Origin: Candidatus Omnitrophota bacterium | GTDB taxonomy: Bacteria > Omnitrophota > Gorgyraeia > Gygaellales > Profunditerraquicolaceae | Direction of reading: 5' to 3' | Length of the DNA stretch: 64,000 bases | NCBI GenBank assembly: GCA_028712175.1 | Contig: JAQTQQ010000001.1 | Location: 18,677-82,676, forward strand | Part shown: positions 52,408-62,137 of the stretch, in pieces | Position numbering within the stretch: the first letter of the stretch is position 1 | Layout of the letters: every line of letters starts with the position of its first letter | The notes under the pieces: generated by a model | Database searches by the model: none | Seen by the model: only the letters and a program-made list of their open reading frames with translations | What the model was told of the DNA's origin: nothing | Position numbers and translations under genes: made by a program

Positions 52408-54168
52408 ATGGATCTGGATACTTTAAGACATTCTTGTTCGCATATTATGGCTCATGCAGTAAAAGAGCTTTGGCCCGATGTCAAATTAGCCATTGGCCCG
52501 GCAATTGAGGATGGTTTTTACTACGATTTTGATAAGAGCGGACCATTTAGCGATGATGACCTGCTTAAGATTGAACAAAAAATGCGCCAGATTATCGCTA
52601 AAGATGAACAGTTTTTGCGTGAAGAGCTAGACAAGAATAGCGCAATAGAATTATTTAAGAAATTAAAAGAAGATTACAAGGTGGAGCTTATTCAAGCGCT
52701 GCCGCAGGACAGTGTTTCAATTTACAGGACAGGCAAGTCATTTTTAGATTTATGCCGCGGGCCGCATATAAAATCAACGGGGCAAATCAAGGCCTTTAAA
52801 CTCTTATCGGTAGCAGGGGCCTATTGGCATGGGATTGAAACTAACCCTATGCTGCAGAGGATTTATGGCACCTGTTTTAATACGCAGAAAGAATTAGAGG
52901 CGCATTTAAAAAACCTGGATGAAGCAAAGCTGCGTGACCATAGAAAATTGGGGCCTTCTTTAGAGTTCTTTGATATTTATCATAAAGCGGCGGGTGCCGG
53001 ATTGGTATTCTATCATCCTAAAGGCGCTCTTTTACGCACGATCATTGAAGATTATGAAAAAAAAGAACATCTTAAGCGAGGTTATCAGATCGTAATTACC
53101 CCGCATATTATGGATGTTAGTTTATGGAAAACCAGCGGGCATTATGATTATTACAAAGACAACATGTTTATATTAAATGCTCTAGATGAGCCTGCCGTAA
53201 ATAACGGAGAGGCCCCCGGGACATCTCAGGGCGAGTTTGTTCTAAAGCCGATGAATTGCCCCGGGCATATTTTGATCTATAAGTCCAAAACAAGAAGCTA
53301 TAAAGATTTGCCCATACGCTTCTTTGAGCTGGGTACGGTTTATCGCCGGGAAAAGGCAGGAGTACTGCACGGGTTATTACGTGTGCGCGGGTTTACTCAG
53401 GACGATGCGCATATATTCTGCCTGCCGCACCAGTTGCGGGATGAAATCGAGAAGATTATAGAGTTTGTCTTTGAAACGATGGAGGTCTTTGGGTTTAAAG
53501 AATGGGGCGTGGAGTTAAGCACGCGGCCTGAAAAATATATCGGCTCACTTGATGATTGGGAGAAGGCAACCGCAGCGTTAGAGGACGCCTTGAAAGACAA
53601 AGGGATTCCCTATGAGGTTAACCCGGGGGATGGAGCATTTTACGGCCCCAAAATTGATATCAAATTAAAAGATGCCCTTAAAAGAACTTGGCAATGCGCG
53701 ACCATTCAGTGCGACTTTGCTCTTCCCAAAAGGTTTGATTTGGCTTATATTGATGCCGAAGGTAAAGAAAAGCAGCCGGTTATGCTGCACAGGGTTTTAT
53801 TGGGCAGCCTTGAGCGTTTTATCGGCGCGCTTATCGAGCATTACAAAGGAGAGCTGCCTTTATGGTTAAGCCCTTGCCAGGTTTTATTAATCCCGATCAA
53901 AGATTCGGTTGTCGAGTATGCCCAGGGAGTAAAGAATAAATTAGAAGAAAATAATATACGCGTAGATATAGATACACGTAATGACACCCTGGATAAGAAA
54001 ATACGCAACGCCGAATTAAACAAGATTCCTTATTGTTTAATTTTAGGGGAACGTGAAGCGCAGCAGGGAATGGTAAGCGTCCGTAAAAAAGGCAGCGGTA
54101 ACCAGGGTGCGCTTCTGTTAGATAAATTTATCGAAGAATTAATTAACCAGATTCGGGAACACAGATAA
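52408..54168 (+). CDS. thrS: Threonyl-tRNA synthetase (no N-terminal TGS domain)
   Basis: It starts at the editing domain (LRHSCSHIMAHAVKELWP). Class II motifs and a C-terminal anticodon-binding domain are present. The tRNA-Val gene 26 nt upstream leaves no room for a TGS domain. Confidence 0.9.
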   Translation: MDLDTLRHSCSHIMAHAVKELWPDVKLAIGPAIEDGFYYDFDKSGPFSDDDLLKIEQKMRQIIAKDEQFLREELDKNSAIELFKKLKEDYKVELIQALPQDSVSIYRTGKSFLDLCRGPHIKSTGQIKAFKLLSVAGAYWHGIETNPMLQRIYGTCFNTQKELEAHLKNLDEAKLRDHRKLGPSLEFFDIYHKAAGAGLVFYHPKGALLRTIIEDYEKKEHLKRGYQIVITPHIMDVSLWKTSGHYDYYKDNMFILNALDEPAVNNGEAPGTSQGEFVLKPMNCPGHILIYKSKTRSYKDLPIRFFELGTVYRREKAGVLHGLLRVRGFTQDDAHIFCLPHQLRDEIEKIIEFVFETMEVFGFKEWGVELSTRPEKYIGSLDDWEKATAALEDALKDKGIPYEVNPGDGAFYGPKIDIKLKDALKRTWQCATIQCDFALPKRFDLAYIDAEGKEKQPVMLHRVLLGSLERFIGALIEHYKGELPLWLSPCQVLLIPIKDSVVEYAQGVKNKLEENNIRVDIDTRNDTLDKKIRNAELNKIPYCLILGEREAQQGMVSVRKKGSGNQGALLLDKFIEELINQIREHR

Positions 54169-54182
54169 AAAGGGAGGCAGCT

Positions 54183-54689
54183 ATAAAAAAGTTCATTCGC
54201 ATAAACGACAGGATTATTTCGCCGCAGGTCAGAGTTATCGGACATGACGGTAGCCAGCTGGGTGTAATGTCCGTTCAGAGGGCACTAGAGCTTGCCAATC
54301 AACAAGAGTTAGATTTGGTAGAAGTTGCCTCCGCGGCCAATCCGCCGGTTTGCCGGATTGTTGAGTTTAGTAAATTTAGGTATGACCTTGAGAAAAAAGA
54401 GCGGGAATCCAAAAAACACCAGAAACAAGGGCGCTTAAAGGAAATCCGCCTCAAGCCGAATATCGATGAGCATGATTATGCAACCAAAGTTAAACAAGCT
54501 GTCAGTTTTTTAAAGAAAAAAGATAAAGTTAAAGTAAATCTTTTCTTCCGGGGCAGGCAGATGGAACATCTGGACTTAGGGAGGAAGGTTTTAGATAAAT
54601 TTATTGTTGATACACAGAGTGATGGGCATGTAGAAAAAATGCCGCAGCTTGAAGGCAGGATTATGTCCTTTATGATTGCTCCAAAATAA
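54183..54689 (+). CDS. infC: Translation initiation factor IF-3, probably with an AUA/AUU-class non-canonical start
   Basis: The reading frame upstream of the track ATG encodes IKKFIRINDRIISPQVRVIGHDGSQLGVMS, the IF3 N-domain consensus. An RBS AAAGGGAGG lies 6 nt before ATA at 54183. Confidence 0.7.
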   Translation: MKKFIRINDRIISPQVRVIGHDGSQLGVMSVQRALELANQQELDLVEVASAANPPVCRIVEFSKFRYDLEKKERESKKHQKQGRLKEIRLKPNIDEHDYATKVKQAVSFLKKKDKVKVNLFFRGRQMEHLDLGRKVLDKFIVDTQSDGHVEKMPQLEGRIMSFMIAPK

Positions 54690-54719
54690 GATACAATATA
54701 ATACCAAAGAGGAGAAAAA

Positions 54720-54923
54720 ATGGGAAAGTTAAAGACGAAACGGGGAGTGGCTAAACGTTTTAAGCTTACTAAAAAAGGAAGGGTTAAATATTCTGGCGGC
54801 GGCAAAAGCCATTTAGCTTCATCCAAGAAGACCAAAAAAATAAGAAACCTAAGGAAGCGTAAAACATTGACGGCCGGCAGCAAGGAAGAAAGATTTATTA
54901 AGTCTATGCTGCCGTACGGTTAG
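54720..54923 (+). CDS. rpmI: 50S ribosomal protein L35
   Basis: [20 protein letters not shown]. Confidence 0.9.
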   Translation: MGKLKTKRGVAKRFKLTKKGRVKYSGGGKSHLASSKKTKKIRNLRKRKTLTAGSKEERFIKSMLPYG

Positions 54924-54954
54924 AAAGAGGTTTTATCTCAAAAGGAGATCAATA

Positions 54955-55302
54955 ATGGCAAAAATTAAACACAGTGTGGCAACGCGTAAAAGAAAGAAGA
55001 AGATTTTAAAGCAGGCTAAAGGGTATTGGGGCGATCATAGCACGCAATATCAGCAAGCTAATAGGGTCCTTATGCATGCTCTTAAATATGCTTACCGCGA
55101 CCGCCGTAATAAAAAACGTGAAATCCGTTCCCTCTGGATTGCACGCATTAATGCGGCATGCAGAGAAGTTGGGACTACTTATAGTGTATTTATGAGCGGG
55201 CTTAAGAAGGCAAAGATTAATCTTGACCGTAAGATCTTGGCTGATTTAGCGGTAAAAGACAGCCATGCTTTTAAGAAACTTGCAGAGATAATTAAAAAGT
55301 AA
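54955..55302 (+). CDS. rplT: 50S ribosomal protein L20
   Basis: [26 protein letters not shown]... Confidence 0.9.
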   Translation: MAKIKHSVATRKRKKKILKQAKGYWGDHSTQYQQANRVLMHALKYAYRDRRNKKREIRSLWIARINAACREVGTTYSVFMSGLKKAKINLDRKILADLAVKDSHAFKKLAEIIKK

Positions 55303-55388
55303 AGTTTTAATAGCTGTTAGGTTAGTAAAAGGCTGATTATGTGTTGTCTGCGAATAATCTAACGGGCAAAGGGAGAATTGCTAACGGG

Positions 55389-56042
55389 ATGTATGTAATT
55401 ATTGTTGGATGCGGGAGAGTTGGGGCACAGCTGGCCAAGCTTCTATCTGCGGAAGGCCACGATGTCGTGGTTATTGATAAATTACGGGAATCATTCATTC
55501 GCCTCGGAGATACTTTTAACGGGCTGACAATGGTAGGCAATGGTTTTGATTTGGCCCTTTTAAAGCAGGTGGGGGTTGAAAAGTCCGATGCCTTTTGCGC
55601 AGTAACCAACGGAGATAATACCAATTTAATTAGCGCGCAGGTCGCTAAAAAGATTTTCCGTGTCCCCAAAGTCATTGCGCGCGTCTATGACCCGCAGCGC
55701 GCACATATTTATGCCGCTCTCGGTTTGGATATAATGAGCGGTACAATGCTTTTATCCGCAATGCTTAGGGATAAAATTATTGAAAGCAGATTCTCCAGCT
55801 ACCTCATTGAATCCAAAGACCTTGGGGTTATTGAGATTGAAGTAAAAGATAACCTCGCAGGAAAAACTATTCAGGACATAAATATTCCGGGAGACCTTAT
55901 TGTCGTTGCCCTGCGCAGAATGCAGGTGGTCAGCATACCGGAGACCAGGACTGTTTTAAAAAACAAAGATATCTTAATGGGGGTAGTTAAGGTTTCTAGC
56001 CTAAAAGAAATCAGAGAAAAGTTTCAGTTAGGAGAGAAATAA
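55389..56042 (+). CDS. trkA: Trk/Ktr K+ uptake regulatory subunit (RCK_N + RCK_C)
   Basis: MYVIIVGCGRVG Rossmann motif. The track ORF starts upstream at GTG (55341). The ATG at 55389 has the better RBS. Confidence 0.7.
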   Translation: MYVIIVGCGRVGAQLAKLLSAEGHDVVVIDKLRESFIRLGDTFNGLTMVGNGFDLALLKQVGVEKSDAFCAVTNGDNTNLISAQVAKKIFRVPKVIARVYDPQRAHIYAALGLDIMSGTMLLSAMLRDKIIESRFSSYLIESKDLGVIEIEVKDNLAGKTIQDINIPGDLIVVALRRMQVVSIPETRTVLKNKDILMGVVKVSSLKEIREKFQLGEK

Positions 56043-56044
56043 AT

Positions 56045-56707
56045 ATGTATATTTTGATTGTTGGCGCAGGCAAGGTGGGGTATTTTTTGGCTAAGCGGCT
56101 TTGTCAAGGTAGGCACACGGTAAGCATTGTTGATAAAGACCATCAGACCTGTGAAGAGATTGCCAAGGAATTAAAGGCATTGGTCATAAACGGCGATGCA
56201 TGCGATCCGAAAATACTGGAAGAAGCGGGGATCATGCGCGCAGATGTATTGGCTGCGGTTACCGGTGACGATGAAGATAACCTGATTATTTGCCAGCTGG
56301 CAAAAGAAAAATTTAATCTGCAACGTACTGTCGGGCGCGTAAATAATCCCGATAATGAGTATACCTTTAACGAGCTGGGGATTGATGTCCCGGTTGACTC
56401 CACCAAGATTATCGCTAAAATTATTGAAGAAGAGGTTTCTTTCTCCGACTTTGTCAACTTAATGAGTTTTAAACGGGGCAAACTGGCTATTGTGCGCGTG
56501 GACCTGCCGACCGACGCCCCGGTGATCAACAAGCAGATAAAAGAGATTGATCTGCCAAAAGATGCGGTGTTAGTTTCTATTCTTAGGGGCGAAGAGGTAA
56601 TTCTTCCTAAGGGTGATACGGTGCTCAAATCCGGCGATGATGTTATCGCGCTTACTCTAATCGGCAATGAACCGCAGCTTTTGCACCTTTTAGCCGGGAA
56701 ACTTTAA
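56045..56707 (+). CDS. trkA: Second Trk/Ktr regulatory subunit paralog (RCK_N + RCK_C)
   Basis: MYILIVGAGKVG. Confidence 0.7.
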   Translation: MYILIVGAGKVGYFLAKRLCQGRHTVSIVDKDHQTCEEIAKELKALVINGDACDPKILEEAGIMRADVLAAVTGDDEDNLIICQLAKEKFNLQRTVGRVNNPDNEYTFNELGIDVPVDSTKIIAKIIEEEVSFSDFVNLMSFKRGKLAIVRVDLPTDAPVINKQIKEIDLPKDAVLVSILRGEEVILPKGDTVLKSGDDVIALTLIGNEPQLLHLLAGKL

Positions 56708-56824
56708 AACAATGAAATTTAAACCCGCCTTAAATATCATACTCGGTATATCCACAGAAATTTTATATGTTTTTATTATACTGTTGGCAGCGTTTTTGAT
56801 CTGTCTTGCGGTATATTTTAGGCC

Positions 56825-58327
56825 ATGATTCTTAAGCCCGGAATAGAAGACCTAAAGATCATTGGTTTTTATCTCGGAAAAATAATTTTGGGGTTAGCTT
56901 TTACTATGGTGATCCCGATTTTAATGGCCTTTTGTTTTAAAGAAGTAAACCCTGCCTTAGATTTTATAATCGCTATCGAAATATCGGTTTTATTAGGCCT
57001 GCTTCTGATAAAGATTTGCCATACGGATAAAGATTTGAATTGGATGCAGGGGATGATCGTGGTTAGCCTATCCTGGATTATAGCGATGGTCTTGGGCGCC
57101 ATACCGTTATATTTAAGCGGGCATTGGAAATCTTTTCTTGATGCATGCTTTGATGCAATGAGCGGGTTTGCTACTACAGGCCTTACCTTGGTGCAGGATT
57201 TGGATCATATGTCCTACACGCATAATCTTTGGCGGCATTTAATTATGTTTTTAGGGGGCCAAGGTATTGTGGTCATCGCGCTCTCATTTTTTGTGCGGGG
57301 TTTTTCCGGGGCATTCAAGATGTATGTCGGCGAGGCCCGCGAGGAAAAGATCATGCCCAACGTAATTCATACCTCTCGTTTTATCTGGATGGTGAGCATC
57401 GTTTACCTGATTTTAGGTACGCTCGCTTTGGGCATAACCGGGATTTGTAACGGCATGAAGCCGGTAAACTCGTTTTTTCACGGAGCCTGTATTTTTATGG
57501 CTGCTTTTGATACCGGAGGGTTTAGCCCTCAATCGCAGAGCATGCTTTATTATCATAGCCCGGTATACGAGATTATTACTATAATTATTATAGTTTTAGG
57601 GGCGCTTAATTTTAAGATGCATTACCATTTGTGGACGGGAAATCGCAAAGAAATATTTAGAGATATTGAAACTGTTACTTTTTTTTCCACGATTACCGCT
57701 ACATTTGCTATTGTCGCTGTAGGTCTGGCACAGATTGGCAGTTATCCTTCGGTGTTTGTGCTTTTCCGCAAGGGTTTTTATCAGTTAATTTCCGCACATA
57801 CCGGGACCGGCTTCCAGACAATTTATGCGCAACAATTCTTTTCAGACTGGAACCCCTTGGCACTAACCGGGGTAATTATGGCCATGGCTTTAGGAGGCGC
57901 GGTATGTTCGACTACCGGGGCGATAAAAATGTTGCGTATCGGCATAATTTTAAAAGCCATCAAAGAAGACGTAAAAAGGATTATTATGCCTGAGCGGGCG
58001 GTAATTGCCGAAAAGTTCCATCATATAAAAGAGGTATTTTTGGAAGATAAAATAGTGCGGGGAGCGTTAATTATTACCTTATTCTATATAATTTTATATG
58101 GATTAGGCGCCCTTGTGGGGATGTTTTACGGCAATTCTTTTTTGGAGTCGCTGTTTGAGTCGACTTCAGCGGCAGCTAATGTTGGATTATCCTGCGGGAT
58201 TACCCATGCCGCCATGCCCGCGGTTTTAAAAATTACTTATATAATACAGATGTGGGCAGGCCGTTTGGAATTTATGTCGGTATTTACGATCCTCGGGTTT
58301 TTATATGCCGTACTTAAAGGAAAATGA
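56825..58327 (+). CDS. trkH: Trk/Ktr K+ transporter membrane subunit
   Basis: 500 aa, polytopic, with GFATTGLT and GFSP pore-loop glycines. Confidence 0.85.
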   Translation: MILKPGIEDLKIIGFYLGKIILGLAFTMVIPILMAFCFKEVNPALDFIIAIEISVLLGLLLIKICHTDKDLNWMQGMIVVSLSWIIAMVLGAIPLYLSGHWKSFLDACFDAMSGFATTGLTLVQDLDHMSYTHNLWRHLIMFLGGQGIVVIALSFFVRGFSGAFKMYVGEAREEKIMPNVIHTSRFIWMVSIVYLILGTLALGITGICNGMKPVNSFFHGACIFMAAFDTGGFSPQSQSMLYYHSPVYEIITIIIIVLGALNFKMHYHLWTGNRKEIFRDIETVTFFSTITATFAIVAVGLAQIGSYPSVFVLFRKGFYQLISAHTGTGFQTIYAQQFFSDWNPLALTGVIMAMALGGAVCSTTGAIKMLRIGIILKAIKEDVKRIIMPERAVIAEKFHHIKEVFLEDKIVRGALIITLFYIILYGLGALVGMFYGNSFLESLFESTSAAANVGLSCGITHAAMPAVLKITYIIQMWAGRLEFMSVFTILGFLYAVLKGK

Positions 58328-58824
58328 AAAATAAGCTTAAGTCTATTCCGATAATTCTACTTTTTATTTTTACTTTTTTTATGCCGGCTTGTTTTGCAAG
58401 CGGGATAAATAGTGGCGAATTGATCAAAAATGCCAAGCAGTATGACGGAAAATTAGTCACATATTCAGGCGAGGTCATCGGAGATGTCATGCTGCGTGGA
58501 AAATTTGCTTGGGTCAACATTAGCGACGGAGACAATGCGATCGGCGTTTGGATGAGTGCGGATTTAGCAAAAGATATAAAGTTTTCCGGGAGCTATAGGT
58601 CCAAAGGCGATAATTACGAAGTGGTTGGGACATTCCATCGTTTTTGCCTTCAGCATGGCGGGGACATGGATATTCACGCCCAGGCAATACGCAAGATCGC
58701 ATCCGGACGGGCTCTTAACCAAAGACTGAATATTGATAAAAAGAATTTAAGCATTATTTTGTTGGGGATACTATTTTCAATATGGATATTAACCTTATTC
58801 AAGAAAAAATCGAAAATGAGTTAG
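58324..58824 (+). CDS. Hypothetical exported protein with a C-terminal membrane anchor
   Basis: A signal peptide (IPIILLFIFTFFMPACFA), a beta-rich middle region, and a C-terminal TM helix plus KKKSK. It overlaps the pheS start. Confidence 0.35.
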   Translation: MKNKLKSIPIILLFIFTFFMPACFASGINSGELIKNAKQYDGKLVTYSGEVIGDVMLRGKFAWVNISDGDNAIGVWMSADLAKDIKFSGSYRSKGDNYEVVGTFHRFCLQHGGDMDIHAQAIRKIASGRALNQRLNIDKKNLSIILLGILFSIWILTLFKKKSKMS

Positions 58825-59795
58825 CCGGCGTTATTTCGCCGCAGGCTTTAGAGGAAGTACGCGTTAAATACCTTGGCAGGAAGGGCCTGATTGCCGAGTT
58901 GACCGGTTCCATCCCCATGCTCCCCATTGATAAAAGAGGGGGTTTTGGCAAAGAAGTTAACGCTTTAAAAATCAAAGTGCTTAATTTGATAGAGGAAAAG
59001 GAAAGGTCGCTTAAAAATCAAGATAGCGCGGCCAAAAAAAATAATATAGATATTGGAATGCCGGGTATTGCACAGAGGCCCGGAAGCCTGCATCCGATTA
59101 CCCACATTATCGATGAAATATGCACTATATTTAACCGTATGGGTTTTTCCGTGCTCGAGGGGCCGGAGGTTGAAACAGAATATAATAACTTTACCGGTTT
59201 AAACATTCCGCTAGACCATCCTTCGCGCGATGCCTTCGACACCTTTTATTTAAAAAAATATGCTAAGTCCCTCTTGCGCAGCCATACCTCTCCGGTGCAG
59301 GTGCGTGCGATGAAAACGGCTAAGCCGCCGCTGGCGATAATAGTTCCCGGCAGGGTATACCGGCCTGATGCGGTTGATGCCAGCCATCTTTTTATGTTTC
59401 ATCAGATTGAAGGGATTTTAGTCGATAGAAATATAAAGTTTTCCGATTTAAAGGGGACCTTGGAGATGTTTACTAAAAATGTTTTTGGCAAAGATATCAA
59501 AATGCGTTTTAGGCCGCATTTTTTCCCTTTTACCGAGCCATCGGCGGAGGTGGATATATCTTGCATTATCTGCTGTGGTAAGGGGTGTTCTGTCTGCGGC
59601 AGAAAAGGCTGGCTGGAAATACTCGGAGCAGGGATGATTCATCCTAACGTTTTTAAGCATGTAGGGTATGATGCCAAGAAGTATACGGGTTTTGCTTTTG
59701 GCATGGGGATCGAAAGGATTGCCATGTTAAAGTACGGCATCAATGATATTAGGCTGTTTTTCGAGAATGACCTGAGATTTTTAAAACAATTCTAA
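58782..59795 (+). CDS. pheS: Phenylalanyl-tRNA synthetase alpha subunit
   Basis: Class II motifs (FRPHFFPFTEPSAE, GAGMIHPNV). Confidence 0.9.
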   Translation: MDINLIQEKIENELAGVISPQALEEVRVKYLGRKGLIAELTGSIPMLPIDKRGGFGKEVNALKIKVLNLIEEKERSLKNQDSAAKKNNIDIGMPGIAQRPGSLHPITHIIDEICTIFNRMGFSVLEGPEVETEYNNFTGLNIPLDHPSRDAFDTFYLKKYAKSLLRSHTSPVQVRAMKTAKPPLAIIVPGRVYRPDAVDASHLFMFHQIEGILVDRNIKFSDLKGTLEMFTKNVFGKDIKMRFRPHFFPFTEPSAEVDISCIICCGKGCSVCGRKGWLEILGAGMIHPNVFKHVGYDAKKYTGFAFGMGIERIAMLKYGINDIRLFFENDLRFLKQF

Positions 59796-59865
59796 CCCGG
59801 CTCCTTTAGAATATTTATTTTAAAAGGTGAAGGGTGTAAAATTATGAACAATAAGAAGGTGCTGG

Positions 59866-61896
59866 ATGAAAATTACCTATAATTGGTTAAAAGATTTTAT
59901 TGATTTAAAAGTCCCTCCTTTTGAGCTGGCAGAAAAGCTGACTATGGCAGGATTAGAAGTTGTTTCGCTCAAAGAGTCAGGAGGAGATTTTATCTTTGAA
60001 ATTGAGATAACCTCCAATCGTCCTGACTGGCTGAGTATTGAGGGGATTGCCCGCGAGGTCAGTGCTATCTGCGGTGGAACGCTTAAAACAAAAACCCCTA
60101 AAGAATTAAAATTTAAAAATAAAGGAATTTTATCTGTGCCGCTTCTGGTTTCGAATAAAAAGGATTGTCCATTTTACAGCGGCAGGGTAATTTGCGGCGT
60201 TAAAGTCGGTCCCTCGCCAGGGTGGCTTAAAAAGAGGCTGGAGCTTTTAGGTTGCCGCAGTGTAAATAACATTGTTGATATAACTAATTACATTTTATTT
60301 GAATTAGGACAACCCCTGCATGCCTTTGATTTAGATAAGATAGAAGGCCCCCAGATTTGCGTCCGCCGCGCTATGGCCAACGAAAAGATTATTACTATCG
60401 ACGGAAAAGAGCAGCTGCTTGACCCCGAAATTCTTGTAATCGCGGATAAAAATAAACCGGTAGCCATTGCCGGAATTATGGGAGGCAGGGAGGCAGAGGT
60501 GGCTATTGGTACACGCAATATTCTGCTTGAATCTGCAGTATTTAATCCGGTGCTCCTGCGCCGGGGCAGGCAAAAATTAGGTTTGCAATCAGAGTCAGTA
60601 TATAGGTTTGAAAGAGGAGTATCTTTAAGCGGGGCGGCCAGGGCTTCTTTTATCGCCAGCGATTTAATTCTGAGCCTAGCGTCCGGAAACCCTTGCGGAT
60701 ACAAAAGTTTAGGCTCCTTAAAAACAGCCGATCGTTTGATCAATTTAGATCCCGCCTATGTAAAGAGGGTACTGGGGGGAGCGATCCCGGCTGTGAAGAT
60801 GAAACAGATTTTAAACAAATTAGGCCTGGTGGTAAAAGTTAAAGCGAAACAAATTTTATCGGTAAAAGTGCCTGACTTTAGGCAGGACCTTAAATTGCCG
60901 GTAGATTTGGTCGAAGAAATCGCCCGGATTTATGGTTATGAGAAAATTGCACAGAGTACCCCTGCGGTAGTACCGCAAGAAAAACTGCTTAGTAAACGGG
61001 ATATTACCTGTGCCATAAAAAATTTGTTATCCGGTTTAGGTTTACATGAAGTCATTACCTATAGTTTGATTGATCGCGCCTTGCTTGCAAAAACCGGGAT
61101 CAAAACTGATTCGGAGGTAGTTGAAATTTTAAATCCCTTGAGTTGTGAACAAGAGGTTTTACGCCCGTCTCTTTTGCCCAGCCTTATTCGTTGCGTTGCG
61201 TTTAATTTAAATCAGCAAATTGATTATGTGAATATTTTTGAAATTGCCAATGTTTTTTTAGCAAGGCCTCATTCTGTAGAAGAAGAACCTGTTTTGGCAA
61301 TAGCCTTATGCGGGGTACATTCATTTTTATCAAAGCAGGGTTTAGTCAAAGACGATATCAATATTTTACATTTAAAGGGTATTTTAGAGGCCTTGTTTAA
61401 TAAGCTCAAAGTCAAAGATTTTAATTTTACCCCCCAAGATGACGGTAAAATAAGTATTCTTCTGGGGCAGAAACAGGCAGGTTTTATGCTGGAGTTAAGC
61501 CGGCAGGCATTAGATAGCGTCGATATTAAAAACAGGCAGGTTGTCCTGGCAGAGGTTAATTTAAAACAATTATTCGGATGCATAGGTTTTGAAAAGAAAT
61601 TTGCAAGCCTTCCAAAATATCCTGCGATTACAAGAGACATAAGTTTTGTAATCAAACAGGACATAGCAGTGAGAGATTTGCTTATAGCTATAGAGGAAAA
61701 AGGCGCTCCGTTGTTGCGCTCGGCGAAAATTGCAGATTATTATCAGGGGAAACAAATACCCGCGGGCTTTATCGGTTTAACCGTATCTTGTGTTTATCGG
61801 CTGGATGAACGTACTTTAACCGAAGAAGAGGTTAACCCTTTGCATAATACCGTTTGTTCTTTATTGGAAGAGCGTTTTGGAATAAAATTGCGCTAG
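59866..61896 (+). CDS. pheT: Phenylalanyl-tRNA synthetase beta subunit (short form lacking the N-terminal tRNA-binding domain)
   Basis: 676 aa with a B1 start (MKITYNWLKDFIDL) joined directly to B3/B4 (ITSNRPDWLSIEGIARE), then B5, B6/7 and a C-terminal FDX-ACB domain. Confidence 0.9.
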   Translation: MKITYNWLKDFIDLKVPPFELAEKLTMAGLEVVSLKESGGDFIFEIEITSNRPDWLSIEGIAREVSAICGGTLKTKTPKELKFKNKGILSVPLLVSNKKDCPFYSGRVICGVKVGPSPGWLKKRLELLGCRSVNNIVDITNYILFELGQPLHAFDLDKIEGPQICVRRAMANEKIITIDGKEQLLDPEILVIADKNKPVAIAGIMGGREAEVAIGTRNILLESAVFNPVLLRRGRQKLGLQSESVYRFERGVSLSGAARASFIASDLILSLASGNPCGYKSLGSLKTADRLINLDPAYVKRVLGGAIPAVKMKQILNKLGLVVKVKAKQILSVKVPDFRQDLKLPVDLVEEIARIYGYEKIAQSTPAVVPQEKLLSKRDITCAIKNLLSGLGLHEVITYSLIDRALLAKTGIKTDSEVVEILNPLSCEQEVLRPSLLPSLIRCVAFNLNQQIDYVNIFEIANVFLARPHSVEEEPVLAIALCGVHSFLSKQGLVKDDINILHLKGILEALFNKLKVKDFNFTPQDDGKISILLGQKQAGFMLELSRQALDSVDIKNRQVVLAEVNLKQLFGCIGFEKKFASLPKYPAITRDISFVIKQDIAVRDLLIAIEEKGAPLLRSAKIADYYQGKQIPAGFIGLTVSCVYRLDERTLTEEEVNPLHNTVCSLLEERFGIKLR

Positions 61897-62137
61897 GTTG
61901 ATTTAAGCCGCCAGGGTTGATTCCCCATTAAATATGTGCTATACTTTTTATAGAATAAAACAGCTCTTTTAGATATCCCTGCGGTGCACGTTGGAAACCT
62001 GATAATTGTTGAACCAACACTTTTTTTCAGGGAGCCCATAATCGCTTGACGCCTTGGCGTAAAGTGTAGGGCACCCACCTGAAACCAAATCGGTTCAGAC
62101 TATCTCTCCAACGGCACTCTTGCGGGGATTTTTTATT

